Source of the DNA: Moniliella sp. 'wahieum'
Taxonomy: Eukaryota
Length of the DNA stretch: 64,000 nucleotides
NCBI GenBank assembly: GCA_003971905.1
Contig: RSEE01000087.1
Span: 124,001 to 188,000 of the forward strand
Direction of reading: 5' to 3'
Shown in pieces: positions 12,078-22,163 of this stretch (position 1 is its first letter; each line of letters opens with the position of its first letter). The notes below the pieces were generated by a model. The model had not been told where the DNA came from, did no database searches, and was given only the letters and a program-made list of their open reading frames with translations. Made by a program: the position numbers and the translations under genes.

Positions 12078-13699
12078 TGCCTGAACGGAGACTGGATAGA
12101 GACTGGGAATTGACGCAACCAAAGGAGGGCTCGCGCGACTGGACTGACGAATGGCTGGAGGACGAGGTCGGAGGAGAAGTCGGACGCTAACAAGAGCAAG
12201 CTGCCTGTACTGGATCAATTGGCTGGAAAACGGGTAGGAGTCGGACAGGATAGGCGGGAAAGGACGGGAATGGAGGGTGGGGGAAAGGATCTCCCACCAA
12301 CCAGGGGTACAGGCTAAATCAAAAGGGGAAACAGACACAAGATGGGGTGTAGAAAGGAAGGCACGTCCAAAGAGGGGTTGATCACCTCAGGGGCGACCGA
12401 GAAAGGAAAATAAGTGGTGACAGGGCGACGGACGTCGCAAAGATACTGAATACTTGGTGGCCTCGTTTCGGCCACCGACTTGGACTTGGGGGAGGCGACT
12501 ACTGTCGCGCGTACGCATGGCAACTCGGGCCACCGTACATGGTGCAACCAACCATCGTCGAACTTGGTTGGGCTTGGAGGCGCGCTCCACTGGGCATGTG
12601 CAGAGCAGGCGGGCCTTAGCTTGGATCAGACCATCTTGGATCCGACGCGACGCCCGTAACACTTAGCTTCCATATCCACGTCGCAACAGCAACTCTCGAG
12701 AACGTTTTTGTACTTGACGCTATAATAGACATGTGTTTTGCAGAGACAATACTGTAACGATCATTTCTCGAACCACGTCCGTCTGCTTACCGGGAAAATT
12801 ATGAGTGCCAGTGCGTGGTAGACAGAAGACCTGCGAAAAAGCGGCGAAAAAAAAGAATCAGGTGCAGATTTAGACCGTCGTATGGTACTGTGCATGGCGG
12901 ACTTCTGAAGGGGGGTACTCAGGGTAACAATAATTTTGTCTCGCTCAAGAGAGACCGTTGAAGTTCGTAACAAACATACCACCGAAGATTTTCAGAATAA
13001 GAATTGAGACGTCAACCGACCTCTCTAGAAAGACTTTTACTGGATGGTGAAGAAACCAATTGTCGGTGGCAGCTGAGGATAAAATTCGAAGCAGTGTGAT
13101 GGAGACAGGATTGAATGATGTCTGGCGAAACAATTGCGAGTTCTGCTGGATAGCTCGAAACACAGAGCCCGACATGTCGTAGACATCTGATCCATACACA
13201 TGGCATTCCCGTTAGACTATAGTGAGAGAGAGTCAGTATTACTAGGCTATATGCATCGATGTTGCTGATATCCGCCACGGGGCATGCCAAGGTCGCATGA
13301 GCTCCATCGGCGGGGTGCTTATTAGCACACATTGTATCCATGCAGTATTGCTGGAACCTATTGTCTGCGGCACGAGGCAGCGAAATGCGGCAGAGCCCCC
13401 TTGAGAACGTGGGTTGCGTTTCGATCTCTTCCTCTCTGTAAAACTTATTGTGCGCGGCGGCCCCGCTCTGTCTCTGTTCCGCCCCTTCTTGTTTGCGCCT
13501 CCGCGCTGCCTCCCCCCGGATTGCATCTCCACCACTTCTGCCCCTGCCTTACTCGCCTCCCACAAAACTCCTGCATCCTGTTTATATACCTCTGTCTCGA
13601 TCTCTTCGGAATAGTACAGTAAACATCAGCCCTGCTTAACGCAGTTGCCGCGGTTACCTGTTGCAGGTAATAGCGCTTTTGTTCTTCAGTTATATACCA

Positions 13700-13936
13700 C
13701 AAGGAGGACCACCCGGGCCTACGGCCCGGTCAGCTGGGGCTTCGCCCCAGCTGCCGTTCCCCCTTCGCCACCGTAGCCACCGTTCCCCCGCCGCCAACAC
13801 CGACATAGAGAAATAATATCACCGATGCTTGCTGCTGGCTGTGGGTGGGGGTGGCGCGGGGTGGCGTGGAACGTGGCACGGGGCAGCTGATGTAAAATGT
13901 GCACAGGGCGAATGGAGGAATAATATAATCTGTAGA
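13700..13936 (-). mobile_element. Non-autonomous mini-Helitron-like element, copy A (237 bp)
   Basis: The minus strand reads A|TCTACAGATTATATTATTCC, later two GC-rich hairpins, then GGTCCTCCTTG|T. It is homologous to 14866-15048 and has no TSD. Confidence 0.7.
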
Positions 13937-14360
13937 TCTGTAGGCCTGATCATGCACTCACATGCCATTGCCTTTTGCGGCCAAGCCACTGGTATGCGGA
14001 AGTCTCCTCATTGTTTCGCCTCTCGAGCGCCTCGGGCTGGTTATCCCTTGCGCGCCTCCTTCCCTTTCCTTCTTCTCTCCCTGTTGCACACAAGGTCGGA
14101 CTAGCGTCAGGAGCTTAGAATAAGCTATCTCTGACTGTTTCCTATCTTTCCTTGCACAGTGCAATCGTCCTTAGCTTGGTAGCGTAGCTACTTCTCAGTT
14201 AACGGACAGCCGCGGTTCTGGGCTCTCATTGGTGTGACCGATTCATCGCGCTCACCCATTGATCGCCTAGTCTAGTGCTTCGCCCTAGCCCCCCAATCTT
14301 TCATGGTAGCTACCGAGCGTCTTGACCGAAGTCCGATCTTGCAGTAAGTGCAATCATCCC

Positions 14361-14500
14361 TTCGCCTACTCCCCTCTCCACCTACTCCTCTCCGCCTACT
14401 CCTCTCTCCGCCTACTCCCCCAGCCTACTTCCTCTTTCACTACTCCCTTCTTCGCCTACCCCTCTCCTCGCGTACCTCATTCTCCGCCTACTCCTCACCC
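14361..14500. repeat. Degenerate pyrimidine-rich minisatellite (~14-16 bp unit CGCCTACTCCTCTC)
   Basis: About 8 imperfect CCTACTCC-containing units. Confidence 0.85.
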
Positions 14501-14865
14501 TTTAAAACCCTTTACACCCACCAGAATTGTCTATCTCGCCAGTGATGGTTATAGTAACGGCAACGAAGTAACGTTAAATGCCTGAACCCCTTCAACAAGA
14601 ATCCAGCCGACCTAAATACCCATGGTGCTTTTCCGTCTTCGGAGGGACTTTATCGCAGCTTTGAAATTTGAGCTAAAATATATTAAAGTTTAATTTCATT
14701 TTCATTTTCGTTTGGATTTTTACTTTGTTCCTGCTTTTCTTTCCTCTTGTTTCTCACCACCATATAAGCAGAAGAGTATTAGCAGTGCAGGAGATGAGGA
14801 GCATTTGGAAGATGACGGGGGAAATGTAGTGGAATCAACGGTGGGTAGGTGGGTGGATAGGAATA

Positions 14866-15048
14866 TCCCTAAGTTATATTATTCCTCCATTCGCCCTGTG
14901 CACTTTTTACATCAGCTGCCCCTTGCCACGTTCCACGCCCCCGGCAGCCAGCACGAATCGGTGATATTATTTCTACAGTGGCGAAGGGGGAACGGCAGCT
15001 GGGGCTTCGCCCCAGCTGACCCGGCCGTAGGCCCGGTGGTCCTCCTTG
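14866..15048 (+). mobile_element. Non-autonomous mini-Helitron-like element, copy B (183 bp)
   Basis: A|TCCCTAAGTTATATTATTCC...CAGCTGGGGC-TTC-GCCCCAGCTG, a second hairpin, then GGTCCTCCTTG|T. Inverted homologue of 13700-13936. Confidence 0.7.
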
Positions 15049-15562
15049 TGTGTGATAAGGATGATCTTCGTCTTTTTGCCTTTTGGGTTTCACTATCCCA
15101 GGTTAGTGTAACGGTGTGGCTTCCCGGGCGAAGACAACCTTGCTTGACGGAGGCCGAGAGGGAGCCACAGCCCTCTGGCTTGTCGGGCAAGGGGACCAGA
15201 TGTAGGCCCGATGAGCGAGCTTTTTATCGAAGAGTCGTCGTCCATCTCTACCTTGATAGCGGTATATCCTCCCCCTGAATCCTAGGGAGACCGGTGTTGA
15301 GTGAGGACGTGTACTATTAATAATATAGGAAAAGACGATTGGTTGCTTGCCCGGACCCTGACAGAACTAAGCTTCCAATCCGTATCACGATGGGGCGTAT
15401 TCAGGGGCCACGACAAGATTTGGATGATATCGATGTCGCTGAGCAACCATATGCAGGATTACCGTCCATCGCGTGGGAAGCAATGATCACGCTGTTGGTC
15501 CATCAGTTGTACGCCGAGAGCTCGGCAGCTCAGCAAGACGCAAGGCATTCTTCTCACCCAAC

Positions 15563-16048
15563 TGTGACAGGGTTCTAAAGATGACATTTGGTGGATAAGA
15601 AGAGGAACAAGGATTAGACTGTGGAGGTATGAAGGAAGGGGAATAGGAAGGGGGAAGAGCTGAGAGATGTGGATCAGGATCTGTCAACTGATCGAAATCA
15701 GATGCCATATAGGGCTCACATGGACCTATAGTAGACAAAGGGCGCCCTTGTACTATTGGGCGTGTCTCTAACAGAAGAGTTAGCCAGCTGATCGAAAGGT
15801 GGATCATCTAGAGTGTGTGTGCTTATCGAATAAGTGGAAAGGGGGACGGGAAATAGTGTCCTGCAACAGCGGAGTGGGTCGGGCGGCCGAGCTCGTCCGA
15901 GAGCTATATATAGTATTCTCCCCTTGTCTCCCTTGTGTCCCTTGTTAGAGCCCCCCTTCGATCTTCGCAACTAGGATCAAACCCCTTGTGTAATACGGAC
16001 AAGGTGATCCGGGTGTTGGCTTTTTGCGTCTTCTCCGATGTTATAACA
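15563..16048 (+). mobile_element. Possible solo LTR
   Basis: Starts TGTGACA and ends TATAACA. It has a purine-rich U3-like part, TATATATA at ~15905 and CCCTTGT repeats. No TSD and no second copy in the window. Confidence 0.4.
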
Positions 16049-16152
16049 TACCTTGAATTATTTAGACGTGGTCCTGGACGCAAAAGTATATCTGAGTTCA
16101 GCTTTCAGATCTGAGCAGTTGAATCCGGGTGTGTGCGCATCTTGCTTGCTGA

Positions 16153-16431
16153 TGTGATGAATCGACATCCTGGTCCACCCGGCTACTAGTATAGAGACCG
16201 CAATGCATGCTGAAGTATTTTGGACAGCAGCGTAGGTGATTGTTTGCGGGGAGAGGTGGGCGTTGGTGGTAAAAAGCAGGACGAGGGCTAAAGGAGAAAA
16301 GGCTACCAGCCGAGTTGGCTTGCGCGGGTACGGGCGCATCAGCAGTCTTCGGATCCCGGGGAGCCTCGAAGCTTAGTAGTAGTGAGGCCGGAAGTGCACC
16401 GCGATCGGTAAAGCCAGTCACCGTAGGAACA
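16153..16431 (-). repeat. 3' LTR
   Basis: TGTTCCTACGG...CATCACA. Shares GTGCACTTCCGGCCTCACTA, ATCACCTAC and AGCCGGGTGGAC with the 5' LTR and follows the PPT. Confidence 0.8.
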
Positions 16432-16433
16432 GA

Positions 16434-16443
16434 CCCCCCCTCC
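16434..16443 (-). other. Polypurine tract
   Basis: GGAGGGGGGG two bases upstream of the 3' LTR's TGT. Confidence 0.8.
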
Positions 16444-16444
16444 A

Positions 16445-18322
16445 AGACGGCATCATATAGCCCCAGCTATGTAGCCAACGCACTGATGTCAGTCTCGACG
16501 GTGTCCTGAGGCACTGGCTCGAGTCATTTCCCGTACACGGCTTCTGCGACAGTGTCGCCGTTTAGGTCGGCGAGACGGTAGCTGAGCTGGCCCACCCGCG
16601 CGGCCACCTGAAGAGGGCCTTACCAGGGCACCATAAGGTCGTGAAGTGGACGATTCGGCGCAGGTAGCAAGGGATTGGCCGCCGATCCTACCGGGAAAAC
16701 GATTCGCTACTTGGCACGGTCGAAGAAAGTCATGCGCCGATCCTGATGGGCGTGTGTCTGTTCTGATAGAAGAGCCGCTTGCGGGTATCGGCTGGGCAGG
16801 GCCTTCCGAGTCCAGCAGGTCTTGGAGGCAAGCGCCCCCCCAATGATATCGGCGGGGGAGTTGAGCATGCGCATGCGACCATAGAAGCCTTCGCATGGGG
16901 CTGCACCAATGACATCGTGGTAGTTTTGGTGTTGTATGTGTACACTACTACTCATTCTAGCAGAAACGGCCACCCTGCTGGGCGGAGGAATATTGAGTTC
17001 CGCTCGTCACACGCAGCGCTTTTTCTAGACCCGATTTCAAGCGCCTTTGACCGCTGGTTCAGCCAGAGCGTTGCCTTGTGGGTGATACCGCGAGGAATGC
17101 TGGAGCTGGACCCCCCGTTGACCAAGTATGCGCTGATGAAGCCATGCGAGTGGAAGACGGCGTCGTTGTCCGCCATCAACAATGCGGGAGGGGCTTGACT
17201 TCGGAACCAGAACGAGTTGAAAAGTCCTGTGTGTTTTCTGTGCGGTTGACTTGGTCACGCATGCACCCGCTTGAAGGAAACCGGTGGCCTGGTCCACAAC
17301 GACAAGGAACATCGTCTCGCTGCTTTTTGAATGTCCCCTCCAACATGCGCGTGGTCCACAGGTCCACAAAAAGGTGCTGCCCAACACCTGCCGGCTCGCG
17401 CTCGCCTTCGAGTTCGGGGGTGGACGATGCAGTGCCTTTTGGGCACAAACCTGGCAACCTCGGGTAAAGCGGCCGATAGGCTTCCGTTCCATTAGCGGGA
17501 AGAAGTATCGACACCATATCTCGTGGGATAAAGCCCCCGACCTTCGGTGCGGTGAGTCCACTCGCGGTAGTCTTTCCCCTTGTCGCATGTTTTGGGGCAG
17601 CGTCGCCGTGGCGGGTGCCGCTTCGGACGTTGGAGCCTCGGCCTCCCCCATCATTGCTGAAATGCCCTGCACGCCTGTGATGGATGTGGGCTTCTAAGTC
17701 GCGGTACGCTTGGAGGAAGATCATGCGATATATCGAGTCGCCAGCGCAGCCTATCTTGTTCTGATGCCTCGACCCCCACCTCAGTCGATGGCCAGAGCAG
17801 CGTCAAATCCGCGAGGGCATTCTTGGCTCCAGGAACATGCTGTATCTCCACCTCTCGTATGCGCCATATGCAAGAGGGTCAGAGCTGCCTTGGCGAGGTG
17901 GTCGCCCGATGCCGCGTCAGGATGGTGATGAAGTATAATAGCGGTGACGGCCCCGTTATCACTCTGCAGGGTGAGGTTCGGATCGTTCGCAAGCCAGGGA
18001 CGCAGTTTGAGGACCGCGCGCGTGCTAACCCTAACCCTAACCGCGCATCGCACGTGGAGAGGACGCCGCCGATATCCTTCAGGAGCGGACATGCCAGGAG
18101 CAGGCTCACCTGCGGATGATCAGCTACACATGGGCCTCGATCGTCCCCATGCGGGCTCACAGGTGTATTATGGGGAAAACGGCAAGACCAACCGTAGAAC
18201 AGCTGGAGAGTGGATTGACGGTCGATAAGGGATGGACCGGGATTGGTCGAGGTGGATGGCTGTGGGCCGGTGCACCAAGATAGCGCGATCACATTGACTC
18301 TCGCCCCCGCGTCAGGGTTCAC
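16445..18322 (-). pseudogene. pol: pol remnant: protease, RNase H tail and integrase, with no RT
   Basis: Protease: PDAGARVNVI...LLLACPLLKDIGG. RNase H: RAVLKLRPWL...LTLQSDN and EIQHVPGAKNALAD. Integrase: HHRRAGH...GCQVC, FLVVVDQATGF, ADNDAVF, SSRYHPQGNALAE, IGAAPCEGFYGR and GPLQVAARVGQLSYRL. Confidence 0.85.
18025..18042 (-). repeat. Interstitial telomeric repeat (three TTAGGG-register units)
   Basis: CTAACCCTAACCCTAACC on the + strand, GGTTAGGGTTAGGGTTAG on the - strand. Confidence 0.9.
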
Positions 18323-18329
18323 TCGGCGG

Positions 18330-19527
18330 CGGCAAGAATAGACAACGGCTTTTCGACCTGAGGAACTATTAAGTTGAAATCCGGACGAAGAGCGTGCATT
18401 ACACGGTCATTCACCACCACCGGACTGCAACAGGGAGAATGGGAGATCGATACATGGTCATTCCTACCTGAATTTAGGCAGCTCGGCCGTAGCGAAATGA
18501 AGGTGGCTAGGTCTGCTCTCGCTCTTGTTGCTGCCTGCTGTCTAGCCTGTCGGCGGATTCCTGCTAGCCGGCTTTTGCCTTCACCCCACGGCTGGTGTGA
18601 GCCACAGCAGACGGAGCGCGGTTACACTGCGTACTGCGGATGAAAAGGGAACACGCCAGACCCAGGGGTCACTGACACTATTAACATTGGCCTCTCTCAG
18701 TCCCTGTAGGTACAACTGCCCGTCGACTGCCATAATCCCGGTATCTCACGTGGGGGCGCTTTCTTTGGGTAACACATCAGTCGCAGCACGAATAATGTTG
18801 CCTGCTTGGGTTTTGTTGTCGGAAAACAGTGCAGGATATCCGTTTCGGCCAGGTCCGGCAGGTGATAAGGTGATTTCGTTCTCCGTAGCGATTGGCGCTA
18901 ATTTCGGAGGAGCGGCCTTGCAGAGTTTTTTCATGAGAGCTTCTTCCTGATTGCTGTGCGCCGTGCGCAACCGTGTCCAAATCTTCGGTTAGCCGCACCG
19001 TGTATTGGCAAGCCAGCCATTGCGGCCCGTGAGACCTTAACGGCGTGCCCCCACGCGTGGTCTTCAGTAGTAAACGGATTACGCTCGAACTGTTGATCGA
19101 CGACGCGAATTCAAGTAGGGAGGGTGGTGAAGGGATCATCATCCATTCCGTTTTGGAGCTGTAGTTCGCGCGCTCTGAGGGTGACGGCGGCGGTTGCCCA
19201 TCTCCATAGCGATCTAACGGCGGAGCGTAACTCATGGAATTCTCGTTCGAAAGAGCCCCCGGGGGCTCCGCTAGCGTTCTCAAGGCCGTACTTGCCAAAA
19301 GTGCTGTAGGCATCTTCAGGAGAGGGACCACAAGTAATGTCGGGCTCGTGGAGCAGCTGTGGCGAGCCAAGTACGTCTGTCAATGAGAGCCTAGACACGT
19401 CTCGTCGCTGCAGTGGGTTATCTCTATAAGCCCTCAACTCCTCCGTTGACAACTCTGTTTTGACTTGACCATTGATAATGTAGTCTGCAGGTGACGATCT
19501 CCAATAATTGTCATCAGAGGAAGACAT
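18330..19527 (-). pseudogene. gag: gag-like remnant
   Basis: ATG at 19527 just after the PBS (MSSSDDNYW...), then overlapping broken ORFs up to the protease. Assigned by position only. Confidence 0.55.
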
Positions 19528-19548
19528 TGGCGAAAGTTTTCGAAAAGA

Positions 19549-19561
19549 TCTCGCCCGCAAT
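19549..19561 (-). other. Primer-binding site of self-priming type
   Basis: ATTGCGGGCGAGA, 3 nt after the 5' LTR, is complementary to TCTTGCCCGCAAT (19648-19660) inside that LTR. Confidence 0.7.
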
Positions 19562-19564
19562 TAA

Positions 19565-19744
19565 TGTAGCGATGTCCTTGTCCACCCGGCTGTGGAGAGC
19601 GCACAATAGATGCGGAAGCGTTTAGGACACAGTAGTGTAGGTGATCGATTGCGGGCAAGAGATAAGTCTTCAGAGCACACAGAGAGCCTCGGAGCTAGTG
19701 AGGCCGGAAGTGCACTATCGGTGAAGCCAGTTACCGTCACAACA
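19565..19744 (-). repeat. 5' LTR (shorter and diverged)
   Basis: TGTTGTGACGG...CGCTACA. Homologous to the 3' LTR but about 100 bp shorter internally. Confidence 0.8.
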
Positions 19745-20916
19745 GCGAGTCTTTTCCCTCGTGCTTTTCTCTTTCCTGGTTGAGGTCGGATATAACCATA
19801 GCATCCTTTCTTTTGGGGCTCATTTTTGTTGCTAATTGTTTTCCTGGCTGTGAGAGTGTGGGGAGCTCTCCCAACTTGGTCTGCGCTCTTATTGTCTGAG
19901 GGCCATTGGCCTTGATTTATTGTTGCCCCTTTCTTCTTTGTGTTGTGTAGTCCTATATATTCGGTCTACATGACCCTTCATCCATTGTATATATGTTTTT
20001 TCCCCTGACTTTAGCGGGTCATTTCATATTCCTACTTTCGTCTTCTTCGTTTCCGTCTTTGTGTCAAAACATTCTTTTTCGAGAAACTATTCTTCAATCA
20101 CCAGGCGACGTTTTTTTTCCCTAGTTCACCACTTCGGTCCCACCGATCCGCTTTCAACGACCGCCTCTTGGTCTTCCAGTCTCCATCCGACCGGGGAACC
20201 ACAGCCGCCTCCATCTCCAGCATCCAGTCTCCTCAATAAATGGATCCCATGGCGATCCTACGAAAGTTGTGTTCAGGTCGCGTTCAGGACCTGTCCCACC
20301 CTCTGTCATTGCCTCTACATGTGCGACCCCCTTGCGACAAATCCTATGTAACACTGCACGAACTATAATTAGCACGCTACTATAACCGTGATCGTTCTAG
20401 CCCGTACGCACACTTGCCACGCAATTCGATACCCTAATTATGTGGTCTCACGTCATCTCGAGCGTCATTCGGATCTGACCATAAACTATAGTGTTTAGCA
20501 GCTCTTCGAACAACCGTGAATGGCCTGTACTCTCCCTCCTCAAAGGTAAAGCACCCCTAAACTGAGAGTCGGGCTCCAGTCCGGAGGAGTGCGGCAATTA
20601 TAGATGTGTTATCGCACAACTTTTGGCTATTATCACAGTTGGAACCAAGAGACAGAGAGGCTTTACTGTTGTGATGCACGGCAAGTTAACGATGGAGAGA
20701 ATCAATGAGGGGGACTATGGTATACATTTGTAGAACTGTGAAGAGAGCACACACAATCTAAAAAGGAGGAGTGAGATGGAGACACTAGAGAAACAGATGA
20801 GAGCGATAAGCGCAGGCAAGACATGACGGAAAGAAAAGTGCATTATCCAAGTAGAGCAGAGCAGGACTAACGTGCTAGTCTGCGGCTAGGGAATGCTGGG
20901 CAGCACGAGAGATGAA

Positions 20917-21073
20917 CTTCAAGGCATGCAAGAAGGCAGGGCAGTCATCAGTCCCAAAAGCCCTTCAAGCAAGCTCCATTGCGAAGGACAACAAAAGAAC
21001 AAGGACAGCGGAGGCGCACCTTCAATGCGTGCAAGAAGGTAGGGCAGTCAGCCACAAGTCCTTCAAGCAAGCT
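20917..21073 (+). repeat. Imperfect ~55-bp direct repeat with a 103-bp period
   Basis: CTTCAA..TGCAAGAAGGYAGGGCAGTCA...CCTTCAAGCAAGCT at 20917 and 21020. Confidence 0.8.
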
Positions 21074-22115
21074 AAAGGGAAGAAGATAACAGGCAGGCAA
21101 GCAAGTGGGAACAGACAAAAGGGTTGCGCAAAACCCGCGTATTAAAAGGGGCGAATCATTCGAACCACAGCGAGCGTCACCGATCAATTGTAGAGAGTGC
21201 AGGAGAACCCTAGCACTACCTTCTAGCATAATGCGCCTCTTGCCCCACTATCTTCGACAATCTATCGGGCAGAAGAACCTTATGTATGGACAGATCACAT
21301 ATCACATGTTGGACGATAGCACCTGATTGATCACATAATTATGTGCACTTCAGAGAGCATTGTGAGAAGAGGGTTTTCCGCTAGGGTTCCCAGCACGACT
21401 CTCATCATGCATCATGCATCATTTTTGATTGGTGATATATGATACTTGCTTATCGGGTTCCGCTTGCAGGCTACGCTCCCTCAAGCATCCTTTGCCAGCT
21501 CCATCTCCCTCCTCTGTCTTCTGTTTCCTTCCTTTCCCTTAGCCACACGCGCTTGAAAAGACTTGTGGCTAGCCGCGTTGCTTTCGTGCCTTGAACGTTG
21601 AACCGTAGAACCGTAGCACTGCCCACTGCCCTCTCACCCATTTGTCCAAAATCGGGCGGATTCCTGCATTTCAATCTTTCACAATACAATTTTTAAATTT
21701 CCGATGACTATTCGCCATAGCGGTGCTTTATGGAGTTTGGTTCTGATTAAGGCCCTTCTGCGCACAGCCGTACCCTCAGCTACAATCAGAACCATAGACA
21801 TTACTCATCGCTCACCGCATTCAGCATTTACCGTTCGTTGGGTCGATCGGAGCCTTTTTGTACCCACTCGAGAAAACCGGTGATCAATAGGTGACGTTCT
21901 GCATTTTAGCCGAAACCGGCCTCCACCGGCGGTGACACATTGAAACATTAGAGCCAAATTCGGCCAGATCCGGGTCGTTGGGTCAATATGATGGCTGCCA
22001 AGTGCCTCAGGAGCCCTCCGCGACACCTTGGGCAAGAGGACCAAAAACGTAGGCTAGAAGCCAGAGAGGGCTTCGGACATTATATGAGTCGTCATACCTC
22101 TGCTTGACTAGTGAT

Positions 22116-22163
22116 ACTTGCCCAGTTGAGCCCCCGTGAAGGGACACTTGCCCAGTTGAGCCC
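22116..22163 (+). repeat. Perfect 18-bp direct repeat with a 30-bp period
   Basis: ACTTGCCCAGTTGAGCCC at 22116 and 22146, followed by TATATAG. Confidence 0.9.

Larger units (their letters stand above)
16153..19744 (-). mobile_element. Decayed, RT-deleted Ty3/gypsy LTR retrotransposon
   Basis: Related TG...CA LTRs at both ends, a PBS, a gag-like frame, protease, the RNase H C-terminal half, integrase (H2C2 finger, core, GPY/F) and a PPT, in PR-(RT)-RH-IN order. Confidence 0.88.

Noticed and set aside
13698..15050. Single MITE or foldback element with long TIRs
   Set aside because: There is no TSD, the arms differ by large indels, and each arm has its own A|TC and CTTG|T ends. Two Helitron-like copies fit better, though the alternative is not fully excluded.
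15301..15486. Degenerate chromodomain (SRWGVFRGHDKIW)
   Set aside because: Only a loose spacing of aromatic residues, no adjacent integrase on that strand, and no PPT before the LTR-like segment.
21738..21794. 11-bp stem as a snoRNA or other ncRNA
   Set aside because: No convincing C/D or H/ACA box arrangement.
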